Virus record (IMG/VR): IMGVR_UViG_3300001450_010303
Coordinates: 41,275 to 105,274 of that record
Origin: a virus
DNA length: 64,000 bases
Reading direction: 5' to 3' (one strand)
Shown here: positions 9,211 to 18,659 of the stretch, in pieces
Layout of the letters: each line of letters opens with the position of its first letter
Position numbering within the stretch: the stretch's first letter is position 1
Translations under genes and position numbers: made by a program
The notes under the pieces: generated by a model
Seen by the model: the letters and a program-made list of their open reading frames with translations, nothing else
Database searches by the model: none
What the model was told of the DNA's origin: nothing

Positions 9211-10136
9211 AAACCATCTTAGTAACAGGTGGCCGCGGCCTAGTAGGATCTGCTATCCGCAGCATCAGCACCTTATATCCACAATATAACTTTGTCTTTT
9301 CAGGACACAAAGAACACGATCTGACTGTTGAAGAAGACGTAAAGAGATTATTTGAAGAGGTTAAACCAGCTTTCGTAATCCATGCGGCGGCGCGCGTTGG
9401 AGGAATAGGGAGAAACTTAAACTCCCCAGCGCAACAATATTACAGCAACATTTTAATGAATGCGTTTGTAATACACCACGCTCAGTTAAATGGAGTAGAG
9501 AAATTATTAGCATTCTCATCAGTGTGTGCTTTCCCAGCCGGCTCCAAAAACATTCACGAAGACATCCTACACGATGGAGAGCCATATCCTGCTCATTACT
9601 CTTACGCGTATTCCAAGAGAATGGTAGATGTCCAGATCCAGGCATATAAACAACAACACAAAGTTAATTATTGTTCTGTGATCCCGGGAAACATCTTTGG
9701 TGAGAATGATAACTTTAATTTAGAAGATGGCCACGTAGTTCCATCATTGGTGCGAAAGTGTTTTCACGCAAAACAGACAAATACTCCACTGCAAGTATGG
9801 GGTGATGGAACACCATATCGCGAGTTCTTATATGCTAAAGATGTTGCAAAAGCTTGTATAGAATTAATAGAAAAACCAGGCGAACTTCCGCTGAGAGTCA
9901 TTGTCTCCGGACAAGAAGAAACACAGATTAAAGACCTAGTGAAATTAGTTTGCGATGCCACAGGTTATCATGATGTTGAGTGGCTAACAGATAAGCCTAA
10001 CGGACAGATGCGCCGACCAACAAACAAAGATGTTTTTAATAAAGCACTTCCAGATTTCGAATATACAGATTTAGAGACCGCTATGAAAAACACCGTAAAT
10101 TGGTTCGAGGAGAACTACCCAAACGTGAGACTATGA
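9207..10136 (+). CDS. fcl: GDP-L-fucose synthase / GDP-colitose synthase (Fcl/WcaG/ColC family)
   Basis: TGGRGLVG, HAAARVGGI..N, SSVC, YAYSK, PGNIFGENDNF, HVVPSL, VWGDGTPYREF. Confidence 0.88.
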   Translation: MKTILVTGGRGLVGSAIRSISTLYPQYNFVFSGHKEHDLTVEEDVKRLFEEVKPAFVIHAAARVGGIGRNLNSPAQQYYSNILMNAFVIHHAQLNGVEKLLAFSSVCAFPAGSKNIHEDILHDGEPYPAHYSYAYSKRMVDVQIQAYKQQHKVNYCSVIPGNIFGENDNFNLEDGHVVPSLVRKCFHAKQTNTPLQVWGDGTPYREFLYAKDVAKACIELIEKPGELPLRVIVSGQEETQIKDLVKLVCDATGYHDVEWLTDKPNGQMRRPTNKDVFNKALPDFEYTDLETAMKNTVNWFEENYPNVRL

Positions 10137-11104
10137 AAAAAGCTTTAATTACAGGAATAAATGGCCAAGATGGCTCATACCTAGCAGAGCTTCTTTTAGA
10201 GAAGGGATATGATGTGCATGGGATCGTTAGAAGGAACTCAATACCAGAGAATCAAACAGCCAGGATCCAACACATATATGAAGATATCAAAAATAATTTA
10301 TATCATGCTGATGTGTGCGATATGTCTTCATTATTATCTATAATTAATAAAACAAAGCCTGATGAAATTTATAACTTAGCAGCCCAAAGCCATGTTAGAA
10401 TTAGTTTTGATCAGCCAAGCTATACCCTCGATACAATTGGTACCGGAACACTTAATTTATTAGAGGTTATACGCTTGGTCAGTCCGGATACTAAACTATA
10501 TCAGGCCTCAAGCTCAGAGATGTTCGGAAATTCCATAGATCCGGACGGATTTCAACGTGAATCAACACCAATGAATCCGGTAAGTCCATATGCTTGCGCC
10601 AAACAGTTAGCCTATAACCTCGTAAGGTGTTATAGAGATTCATATAATTTATATGCATCAAACGGCATTTTATTTAATCATGAATCACCCCGCCGCGGCG
10701 GCAACTTTGTAACCAACAAAATAGTGATTGGGGCTGTAAAGATAAAAAAGGGATTGCAAGATAAATTGGCGTTAGGAAATTTAGACTCCACAAGAGATTG
10801 GGGACATGCGAAAGATTACGTTAAAATAATGTGGCAGATTATGCAGCTGGAGCATCCCAGTGATTATGTGTGTGCAACAGGAAAATCTCATTCAGTCAGA
10901 GAATTTGTAGATCTTACTTTTAGTAAGTTAGATCTGGATTATAAGGACTATGTTATCCAAGATCCTCGATTTTTCCGCCCTAACGAATTGCATGACCTGA
11001 AAGGAGACACCGCTAAACTAAAAGAAGCAATAGACTTAAAATTTACATATACATTTGATATAATGATAGATGAGATGATTGATTATTGGATGGAGAAACT
11101 ATAA
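10133..11104 (+). CDS. gmd: GDP-mannose 4,6-dehydratase
   Basis: ALITGINGQDGSYLAELLL, YNLAAQSHV, YQASSSEMFG, SPYACAK, NGILFNHESPRRG, RDWGHAKDYV. Confidence 0.95.
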   Translation: MKKALITGINGQDGSYLAELLLEKGYDVHGIVRRNSIPENQTARIQHIYEDIKNNLYHADVCDMSSLLSIINKTKPDEIYNLAAQSHVRISFDQPSYTLDTIGTGTLNLLEVIRLVSPDTKLYQASSSEMFGNSIDPDGFQRESTPMNPVSPYACAKQLAYNLVRCYRDSYNLYASNGILFNHESPRRGGNFVTNKIVIGAVKIKKGLQDKLALGNLDSTRDWGHAKDYVKIMWQIMQLEHPSDYVCATGKSHSVREFVDLTFSKLDLDYKDYVIQDPRFFRPNELHDLKGDTAKLKEAIDLKFTYTFDIMIDEMIDYWMEKL

Positions 11105-11656
11105 ATGGTTAAATTAAACCTTGGTTGTGGAGATAGAAAAATCCATGGGTTTATAAATGTTGATGCACGCGAAGATGTTTCACCTGATGTAATATGCGAT
11201 GTGACTAAAATACATGAAAAATTCAGAGATGCAGACATTATATATGCATGCCACGTATTAGAACACTTCCCAACAAAACCATTTACATTCCAAAAAATCA
11301 CATGGGAAGAAGTGCTGCTTAGTTGGTTTCTGGCTTTGAAGCCTGGTGGAAAACTCAGGGTTTCAGTCCCTGATATTCGGGCTGCTTGTGAATATTATTT
11401 ACGAACTAATGATTTTGAGAGCGTAAGAGCGTTTTTTTATGGAGGACAAAAATATGATTTTGATTTTCATTATCATGGGTGGTCTGAAGAAACACTTACA
11501 AAGGCACTCAAGAAAATTGGTTTTACGAAAGTAGAAATATATGATTGGAAGACAACTGAGCACTTTTATATTGATGATTATAGCCAAGCATATTTGCCAC
11601 ATATGGATAAAACAAATGGCAAGCTGATGAGCTTAAACATAGAAGCAACAAAATAA
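11105..11656 (+). CDS. Class I SAM-dependent methyltransferase
   Basis: LNLGCG, HVLEH, LKPGGKLRVSVPD. Confidence 0.8.
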   Translation: MVKLNLGCGDRKIHGFINVDAREDVSPDVICDVTKIHEKFRDADIIYACHVLEHFPTKPFTFQKITWEEVLLSWFLALKPGGKLRVSVPDIRAACEYYLRTNDFESVRAFFYGGQKYDFDFHYHGWSEETLTKALKKIGFTKVEIYDWKTTEHFYIDDYSQAYLPHMDKTNGKLMSLNIEATK

Positions 11657-11666
11657 GGAAATTAAA

Positions 11667-12830
11667 ATGGACATTACTTACCCGCTAGCAAAAGAGACTA
11701 TCAATGATGAAGATATCAATGCACTTTGTGATTGGTTGAAGGGTTACCCTCGCCTGACCAAAGGTGATCTTACATGGAAAGTAGAAGAGGACTGGGCGAA
11801 ATACATAGGAACCTCCTATTCTGTTTTTAATAATTCAGGATCGTCCGCCAATCTACTCATGGTCGCCGCGGCAATACAGTGCGGCCGTATCGCGAACAAA
11901 AAGATTGTAATTCCCTCAGTCGGCTGGGTTACTACGGTCGCACCAGCAATGCAACTTGGTTTAGAACCAATAATGTGTGGTGCCGATCCAGAGACATATG
12001 GTATGGATTTAGACCAACTTGAGACAATATGCGAAGAGCATAACCCTGACGCCGTGATGTTCGTCCAAGTATTGGGAATACCACACCATAAAGAGCGCCT
12101 GCTGGCTCTCAAAGAAAGATATGGATTCACCCTCTTAGAAGACGCATGCGCCGCTCTGGGAGCATCCTACAACGATGGAGCGATGGTAGGAACTATAGGA
12201 GACATGTCGACATTCTCATTCTATTTTGGCCACCAGTTATCAACCATCGAAGGTGGAATGGTTAATACTAATGACAAAGAACTATATGATATGTTATTGA
12301 TGCTCCGGAGCCATGGCTGGGCAAAAGATTTAGACGAAGAAACGCGCAATAAAATGATGACTGACCATGGTGTTGATGACTTCCACTCCCCATTTACCTT
12401 TTTTATCCCAGGATATAATCTGAGATCCACCGATCTTCAAGCATTTTTAGGAATAAGACAAATTGAAAAGGCTGAATGGGCGGCAACAAACCGAAATACG
12501 AACCATAAACTATATGCAGAAAAACTAGAAGGGGTGGTAGAATTTCAAAGATGGGGTGAAAATAATCCTGTTTCTATCTCTTTCGGAGCCCTCGCAAGAA
12601 GCACGGTACAAAGGAAAGAAATAGTAGATAGATTGGTAGAGAATGGTATAGAAACAAGGATCTTCAGCGCTGGAAACCTTGGCCGCCACCCATTTTGGAC
12701 TGATAAATACCCAGTTTTTAAAGATAGGGTGAGTGATAAAATACACGCGTGTGGATTCTTTTTGCCTAACTATCCTGAACTAACTGAAAAAGAAATTGAC
12801 TTTATTTGTAATGTTGTTAAAGGAGTTTAG
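11667..12830 (+). CDS. PLP-dependent DegT-family enzyme, ColD-like (GDP-4-keto-6-deoxymannose 3-dehydratase)
   Basis: NSGSSANL, LLEDAC, SFYFGHQLSTIEGG with His at the usual Schiff-base Lys position, LRSHGW, GYNLRSTD. Confidence 0.8.
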   Translation: MDITYPLAKETINDEDINALCDWLKGYPRLTKGDLTWKVEEDWAKYIGTSYSVFNNSGSSANLLMVAAAIQCGRIANKKIVIPSVGWVTTVAPAMQLGLEPIMCGADPETYGMDLDQLETICEEHNPDAVMFVQVLGIPHHKERLLALKERYGFTLLEDACAALGASYNDGAMVGTIGDMSTFSFYFGHQLSTIEGGMVNTNDKELYDMLLMLRSHGWAKDLDEETRNKMMTDHGVDDFHSPFTFFIPGYNLRSTDLQAFLGIRQIEKAEWAATNRNTNHKLYAEKLEGVVEFQRWGENNPVSISFGALARSTVQRKEIVDRLVENGIETRIFSAGNLGRHPFWTDKYPVFKDRVSDKIHACGFFLPNYPELTEKEIDFICNVVKGV

Positions 12831-13567
12831 TGCGTATCTTGGTCATAGGAGAGAGTTGTAAAGACATTTACCAATATGGTGATTGTGTAAGACTGTGCCC
12901 CGAGGCGCCAGTCCCTGTTTTTAGAAGCGGAAATCTAAAGACTGAGAACCCAGGAATGGCGAAAAATGTTTGGCGGAACATAAAATCTTTAGTAGATTTT
13001 GATGTCGATATAGAGACTAATAAAAACTGGCTTAGTATCACTAAGACTAGATGCGTCGATAATAGAACAAATTATATCATAGTCCGCATCGATGAAGGAG
13101 ATGATGGTTACTCTCGGTGTGATGTAAAAAGTATCGAGTACCATAAATACGATGTCATAGTTATATCGGATTACAATAAAGGATTTTTAACAGAGTCAGA
13201 TATCGAATATGTTTCCAATCAACACTCGACTACTTTTTTAGATACGAAAAAGATACTCGGAGAATGGTGTAAAAAAATCAAGTTTATTAAAATAAATGAA
13301 TTTGAATACGAGAGAACAAAGCACAAATTGACACCAGAACTAATCGAAAAGATGATAATAACTCTCGGACCCAATGGAGCAAGACACAAAGGTATTGGAT
13401 TTCCAGTACCAAAGGTAGAAATAAAAGACACTTCAGGCGCCGGCGATACGTTTGTTGCAGCATTAGCCTCGTCTTATGCGACAACAAAAGACATTTTTAA
13501 AGCAATTGAATTTGCAAATGAAAATGCTACTAAAGTTGTCCAGCGAAAGGGCGTAAGTACTATATGA
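12830..13567 (+). CDS. PfkB-family sugar-phosphate kinase, HldE/RfaE kinase-like
   Basis: RLCPEAPVPV, ISDYNKG, DTSGAGDTF, VVQRKG. Confidence 0.85.
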   Translation: MRILVIGESCKDIYQYGDCVRLCPEAPVPVFRSGNLKTENPGMAKNVWRNIKSLVDFDVDIETNKNWLSITKTRCVDNRTNYIIVRIDEGDDGYSRCDVKSIEYHKYDVIVISDYNKGFLTESDIEYVSNQHSTTFLDTKKILGEWCKKIKFIKINEFEYERTKHKLTPELIEKMIITLGPNGARHKGIGFPVPKVEIKDTSGAGDTFVAALASSYATTKDIFKAIEFANENATKVVQRKGVSTI

Positions 13568-13959
13568 CTAAAGCTGTCTGGACCAATGGATGTTTTGACA
13601 TATTACACCGCGGCCACATTGAAATGCTTCAATATGCTAAATCTTTGGGCGACTGTTTAATAGTTGGAATTGATTCAGATGCAAAAGTAAAGTCAGACAA
13701 GGGCGTAGAAAGGCCATATAACAATGAAATAGATAGAAAATTTATGTTGAAAGCAATAAAATTCGTTGATGAGGTGGTTATATTTGATTCGGCTATTAAG
13801 TTAGAAAACTTGATAGAAAACATAGCACCATATTACATGGTTATAGGATCTGATTGGAAAGGAAAAAAAGTTGTAGGACAACAACATTGCAAAGAGCTTA
13901 AATTTTTTGATAGAATCAGTAGCTATTCAACAACAAATATACTGGAGAATAATAGATGA
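13564..13959 (+). CDS. Nucleotidyltransferase, HldE/RfaE adenylyltransferase-like
   Basis: TNGCFDILHRGH, LIVGIDSD, KG..RP, GSDW, YSTT. Confidence 0.85.
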   Translation: MTKAVWTNGCFDILHRGHIEMLQYAKSLGDCLIVGIDSDAKVKSDKGVERPYNNEIDRKFMLKAIKFVDEVVIFDSAIKLENLIENIAPYYMVIGSDWKGKKVVGQQHCKELKFFDRISSYSTTNILENNR

Positions 13960-14291
13960 CATATGTATTTGATATTGATGGCACCTTATGTATAAAAGAT
14001 GCGTCAGCGCCTTATAACGACGCTTCGCCCCTACCTCAGAGAATTAACATGGTGAATAATTTATATGATGCCGGCCATACTATAATAATGCAAACCGCCC
14101 GCGGAATGGGAAGACATAATAATAACCAACAACTTGCAGTACAACAATTTTACGCGCTAACGGCGGAACAACTTAAGGATTGGGGAGTTAAATATCACCT
14201 TTTATTTTTAGGAAAGCCGGCAGGAGATATTTATATAGATGATAAGGGGATTAAAGATGAAGACTTCTTTACCGATGATACACGTCAATAA
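13956..14291 (+). CDS. HAD-superfamily phosphatase (capsule-biosynthesis type)
   Basis: FDIDGTL, TARG, GKP..DIYIDDK. Confidence 0.8.
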   Translation: MTYVFDIDGTLCIKDASAPYNDASPLPQRINMVNNLYDAGHTIIMQTARGMGRHNNNQQLAVQQFYALTAEQLKDWGVKYHLLFLGKPAGDIYIDDKGIKDEDFFTDDTRQ

Positions 14292-14616
14292 AGGCTGGGG
14301 CTGGGAACGATGGATTGTTAACAATGAGGAATATTGCGGAAAATTGTTATTCTTTAATAGTGGGAAAAAATGCTCATGGCATTACCACAAATTAAAAGAC
14401 GAAGTATTCTATCTACAATCTGGGAAAATGATGATATACTATTCAGATGAAGATGATTTATCTGAAGCGATACAACTGGAATTAAACCCAGGAGATAACT
14501 TTCATGTATATCGAGGGCTTAGGCATCAAATGCTAGCCATAGAAGATTCAGAATTATTTGAATTTTCAACACAACACTTTGATTCAGACAGCTATAGAAT
14601 TTTAAAAGGAGATTAA
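14257..14616 (+). CDS. Cupin-fold sugar isomerase-like protein
   Basis: KGWG.E, CSWHYHKLKDEVFYLQSG, G..H cupin motifs; exact start uncertain (14239/14257/14275). Confidence 0.7.
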   Translation: MKTSLPMIHVNKGWGWERWIVNNEEYCGKLLFFNSGKKCSWHYHKLKDEVFYLQSGKMMIYYSDEDDLSEAIQLELNPGDNFHVYRGLRHQMLAIEDSELFEFSTQHFDSDSYRILKGD

Positions 14617-14617
14617 A

Positions 14618-14821
14618 ATGCAATTATCAAATCAAGCACTGGGAGCAGTAATGATGGCCTTACAGGAGTCATTATTAAACCAATTAGACATAGTACCAAT
14701 TCTTAGAGGATTCGAACTTGAAGAAACAACGGAAGGCCTAATTGTTAAAAATCCACCAACCGTCAGAGTTACAGATCAGAGCGAGATCACAAAAGAAGAC
14801 TTATTGAATAGAGTAAAGTAA
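14618..14821 (+). CDS. Hypothetical protein
   Basis: 67-aa ORF with GGAG SD, packed between neighbours. Confidence 0.6.
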   Translation: MQLSNQALGAVMMALQESLLNQLDIVPILRGFELEETTEGLIVKNPPTVRVTDQSEITKEDLLNRVK

Positions 14822-14823
14822 GC

Positions 14824-15078
14824 ATGCCTAGATATCACTATAAGTGTAATCTGTGTGAAAGTGAAGTAAGTGTGATCCATTGTTTTGATGATGTATATAC
14901 TGAATGTGAAAAATGTGAAAGTACAGGTTCAATGCACAAGATGATAACTCGTCCTAATATAAAAGTTAATAATAATGATTATTATTCTAACAAGGTTGGC
15001 AATTTAACAAAAGAATATATTGAAATTAATAGAGAAATATTAAAGCAACAAAAGAGCGAGACAAATGAGTCGACTTGA
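14824..15078 (+). CDS. FmdB-family zinc-ribbon protein
   Basis: MPRYHYKCNLC...CEKC. Confidence 0.7.
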   Translation: MPRYHYKCNLCESEVSVIHCFDDVYTECEKCESTGSMHKMITRPNIKVNNNDYYSNKVGNLTKEYIEINREILKQQKSETNEST

Positions 15079-15406
15079 AATAATAACATCTATACTTTTA
15101 GTTATATCAACAATATTTAGTGTCGGTATGCTTGTTTATACAAGGACAGTAATAGTAAAACTGTTGTCTGTATCAGAAGAATTAGGAGACTTGCAGGAGA
15201 TGATTAATATTTTCACCAACCACACTAGAGATGTTTATGAAATGGATATGTTTTACGGTGACGAAACACTTAAAGGGTTGCTTGAACATGCAATATCCCT
15301 GAACGAACATATGGCTACATTTGAATATATCTATAATTTAACAGAAGAAGCAGAAGAAAAGGAGACAGATGAAGCAGACAACAGAGCCGCTCAAGAAGAA
15401 GCGTAA
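15065..15406 (+). CDS. Hypothetical protein with N-terminal transmembrane helix
   Basis: Hydrophobic stretch IITSILLVISTIFSVGMLVY. Confidence 0.6.
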   Translation: MSRLEIITSILLVISTIFSVGMLVYTRTVIVKLLSVSEELGDLQEMINIFTNHTRDVYEMDMFYGDETLKGLLEHAISLNEHMATFEYIYNLTEEAEEKETDEADNRAAQEEA

Positions 15407-16073
15407 GAAAAATTATTATTTCACCAAAGATCATGAAGACGCAATAGTACGATACTCAATTACTAATTGCAAAAAAGAAAGGACAGATTTATATGTAAAT
15501 TGGATCCAGCCGGCATTCAACGAAATGGTTGATAAAATTGTTTTTACGTATAAATTTACTAATTTGCCAAATATAGATTATCTTAGAGATGAATGCAAAA
15601 TTTGGTTAATGACAATTCTTGATAAATATGACCAATCAAAAGGCTCCAAGGCCTTTTCATATTTTAGTGTTATCACGAAGAATTGGTTTATTCATAAGGT
15701 TAAAAAACAACAAAAGCGCAACAGAAGAGAAATTGATTTTGGAACAATATCAAAGTCATATGAAGAACAATACTTATCTACCAACGAATCATATGTAACC
15801 GAGAGAGAAGAACAAGAATTTTGGGATCTCTTCTATAATGAGTTAAAATCATGGGACGCAGCCCAGATGAAAGATAATGATTTGAGGGTGTATAAAGCTA
15901 TAACCATACTTTTTGAGTCAAAAGAAGATATTGAAATTTTTAATAAGAAAGCTATTTATCTGTACCTGCGAGAAATTACTGGATTAAACACCAAGCAAGT
16001 GGTAAATTCACTAAAGAAATTTAGAAAGAAGTACTCTAATTTCAAGCAAGACTGGGAGAGCGGCGACTTATGA
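15369..16073 (+). CDS. Phage sigma-factor-like protein (T4 gp55 late-sigma-like)
   Basis: Sigma region-2-like segment DECKIWLMTILDKYDQSKGSKAFSYFSVITKNWF resembles the gp55 'AF.YF..I' motif; C-terminal HTH-like LREITGLNTKQV; sits just before the virion module. Confidence 0.6.
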   Translation: MKQTTEPLKKKRKKNYYFTKDHEDAIVRYSITNCKKERTDLYVNWIQPAFNEMVDKIVFTYKFTNLPNIDYLRDECKIWLMTILDKYDQSKGSKAFSYFSVITKNWFIHKVKKQQKRNRREIDFGTISKSYEEQYLSTNESYVTEREEQEFWDLFYNELKSWDAAQMKDNDLRVYKAITILFESKEDIEIFNKKAIYLYLREITGLNTKQVVNSLKKFRKKYSNFKQDWESGDL

Positions 16074-16378
16074 AAAATAAAAGTATTGAGGACTTAGTGG
16101 ATGAAGCACTTACAAACATCCGTAGTGATAGAAAAATTACTAGGGAATTCCTTAATGATATTGCAAACACTTTGGCTAATGACACGGAACAATTAAAATA
16201 CCTAAGTCCGGTAGCAGCTAAACATATAGAAACGCTTCAAAGATCCAATGAGCAATTAGTTAAGATTATTAATATAAGACAGAAAAAGTCCGACGAAAGC
16301 ATAAGGTTTTCAGACGAAGACACAGCTAACTTGTTCGATATAATACAGGGTGGAGTAGATGAGCGAAACCCAGAATGA
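16070..16378 (+). CDS. Hypothetical protein (helical)
   Basis: ATGA overlap with the previous gene; coiled-coil-like. Confidence 0.55.
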   Translation: MKNKSIEDLVDEALTNIRSDRKITREFLNDIANTLANDTEQLKYLSPVAAKHIETLQRSNEQLVKIINIRQKKSDESIRFSDEDTANLFDIIQGGVDERNPE

Positions 16379-17457
16379 GTAAGACCTTTATTGATCCAGA
16401 GAGTGTATTAGCAGATCCTAAAGGTGCGTTCGATATGTTCTGTCAAGCAGCCAAATCGGTGGCCCCCTTTGATCTGCTAAAGAACCCCGGTTATCGCAGC
16501 GCCGTCGTGATTCGGGGCGCCCAAACTCTCAATCATGCCGAGGCCTCTGGACTGGGGTTGGTTCCCGTGTCTGGTTCATCTAGAATCGCTGCTTTTTCAT
16601 ATATAGCAAGGTTAGAATCAGAGTGGTGCGAACATTGGCTCCTGCCAAACCCTTGCAGCCCGGGATCATCAAATTCGATTTTTACAGATCTCGAAGCCTC
16701 CCACATAGTGGTTGTAGGCCACACAGATACACAATACGGAGCTTCAATTAACATAAACACCGGCGATTTTGTTGATATAAATTTAGAAAAGGGAGTTCAT
16801 TTAAATAATCTTCAAAAAGCACGCCACGCTGGCATGTCAAAACGAGGTAAAAATATATCAAGAAGTTATAGTTGCCCGGATGCATCAGGCGGAATCGCGG
16901 GGGCATTCAATGGCCTCCCCCCAGCAACAGTCCCTCCCTCCCCATCTCAACTCGCCTTCCTAGCAAAATTGACTGCTATACTACTCGCGGATTATAACTG
17001 GCCTCCCGCAATAGTTACAGGATGGACCAGATCAATAGAAAAACAAATATCTCTTATGGTGGGTAAACCCCAGTCGGAGGTTATAAGTACATATGGCCGG
17101 CTCACCGCTGGTCTAGTACAAAAAGCCCGTGATGGCGACTCGGGACCACTTGCGACATATATAAAAGACAACCCCAAGCGCTTTAACCACACTACCGGCC
17201 TCGCTTTAGATCTCCGGACTAACGATCACATAACAGACGACGAGTTAAATAAGTTAATAGATGCGGTGATCAAAGCCGGCGGAAGACCGGTCTTAGAGCC
17301 CACGTCCACCGGATGTTTTAGCAAATCCGGCCGCATGAGCAAGGGGAATACAACTCGACTTGGCATCCCCGGCAAAGGCAAATGCGGCAAAGCCGGCGGC
17401 GCGCCGGAGCACCTACATGTGACAGTACCTGAAGTTCTCGCTCCACTAATTACGTAA
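16375..17457 (+). CDS. Virion-associated protein with C-terminal M15-type zinc peptidase (peptidoglycan hydrolase) domain
   Basis: After a Pro linker (PPATVPPSPS): TGWTRS..KQ, HTTGLALD (H-x6-D), EHLHV (HxH), the zinc-ligand pattern of M15/LAS peptidases. Confidence 0.65.
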   Translation: MSKTFIDPESVLADPKGAFDMFCQAAKSVAPFDLLKNPGYRSAVVIRGAQTLNHAEASGLGLVPVSGSSRIAAFSYIARLESEWCEHWLLPNPCSPGSSNSIFTDLEASHIVVVGHTDTQYGASININTGDFVDINLEKGVHLNNLQKARHAGMSKRGKNISRSYSCPDASGGIAGAFNGLPPATVPPSPSQLAFLAKLTAILLADYNWPPAIVTGWTRSIEKQISLMVGKPQSEVISTYGRLTAGLVQKARDGDSGPLATYIKDNPKRFNHTTGLALDLRTNDHITDDELNKLIDAVIKAGGRPVLEPTSTGCFSKSGRMSKGNTTRLGIPGKGKCGKAGGAPEHLHVTVPEVLAPLIT

Positions 17458-17474
17458 AACACCCTAAGTAAATT

Positions 17475-18638
17475 ATGCCAAAAAAGAAAAAAGCGTTCGT
17501 TAAACCAAAATACACTGAATCTGAGCAACTACTGTACGACAGGCTGAAAGCAGTTCGTGATAAGTCCGCAGCCACATATGCTTCGGAAAATTCGGTCTTC
17601 GAACCACTCGGTGAGAGTGACCCAGGAGGAAACCCAGAATTTTCGGATTGGTTAGGCGATGACTCATCACAATCAGATGAAGAAAGGGCAGATGCAAACT
17701 CAGCATATTTAAACGAAACCTCACCGACCGGCGAAAATATACAAGCGATACCAAGCAATTCCGGAATCTATCACACTGTGGTTCCGATGAAGGATTTGAG
17801 CTTCAAAATCGCACAAAATGAATCTGTTATGCAACATGGGGGATGCTATATTACGATGGGCACTGATCGCCCAACCACAGTAATGAGTGGGTATGGTGCA
17901 AAGGGATTTCAAAACGCTAGCACAATTGACTTGGTTGTAGGTAGGGCCGCCGGCTCTAGGGGAACAGACGGCCCCAAAGAAGGAGCGGTGGTAGATAACA
18001 ACCCAGTAGCGGATGCTGCAAGAATTTATATAAGCCAATTAACTGACATCGATGTCAATTTTGGCCTCGCTGAATCGGTGTCTGGAGTAGCAACCGGCGG
18101 TTCCGGAATAGCAGTAAAGGCAGACGATGTTCGAATAATAGGAAGAAGAAGTATTAAAATTGTGACTGGAAAGACGCAGGGCGCCCGCGGGTCCGGCCCC
18201 CACGGCGAATGGACATCATTAGGCTTTTCGATGCACCAGCCAGCGCCCTCAATTGAGCTTCTAGCAGGAAATACATCACAAGAAAGAGTAGTATGGGGCG
18301 GCCTTTATAATCCGATAGAGAAGATCTCTACTGTCCAGAGAGCTTGTTTGGGTTCTAACACCCGTGACGCCCTATCAGAATTAAATGGGATTGTGGGAGA
18401 ACTGTGGAGTGCTGTATTCAACTTATCACTTATTCAGTCTGGGTATAATTCTCTAGTTGGAATTGATCCTTTAAGGCCATGGGTGGCCGCGGCCGCCCCA
18501 ACAGTTGGAATCGCAGCGCTACAATTTGTTTTAGATAGTTTATGGCATACCAAAGTTAATGCAATATTATGGGATCTGAACTATCTAACACCCTATGGAT
18601 ATAAATTCATTTGTAGTACAAACGTTAAACTGTCGTGA
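17475..18638 (+). CDS. Putative baseplate hub/spike-related protein
   Basis: Short beta-strand repeats (IYISQ, IAVKADDVRIIGR, IKIVTG, IELLAG); position between a lysin-domain gene and gp25/gp6. Confidence 0.4.
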   Translation: MPKKKKAFVKPKYTESEQLLYDRLKAVRDKSAATYASENSVFEPLGESDPGGNPEFSDWLGDDSSQSDEERADANSAYLNETSPTGENIQAIPSNSGIYHTVVPMKDLSFKIAQNESVMQHGGCYITMGTDRPTTVMSGYGAKGFQNASTIDLVVGRAAGSRGTDGPKEGAVVDNNPVADAARIYISQLTDIDVNFGLAESVSGVATGGSGIAVKADDVRIIGRRSIKIVTGKTQGARGSGPHGEWTSLGFSMHQPAPSIELLAGNTSQERVVWGGLYNPIEKISTVQRACLGSNTRDALSELNGIVGELWSAVFNLSLIQSGYNSLVGIDPLRPWVAAAAPTVGIAALQFVLDSLWHTKVNAILWDLNYLTPYGYKFICSTNVKLS

Positions 18639-18659
18639 GCATATTAGTGAGAAAAAGTA

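Noticed and set aside
1-14616. Reading the sugar cluster as a bacterial O-antigen/capsule locus next to a prophage
   Set aside because: No export or polymerase genes, no integrase or att-like boundary, and the same composition and GC-palindrome signature as the phage genes. It cannot be fully excluded because the upstream part is outside the window.
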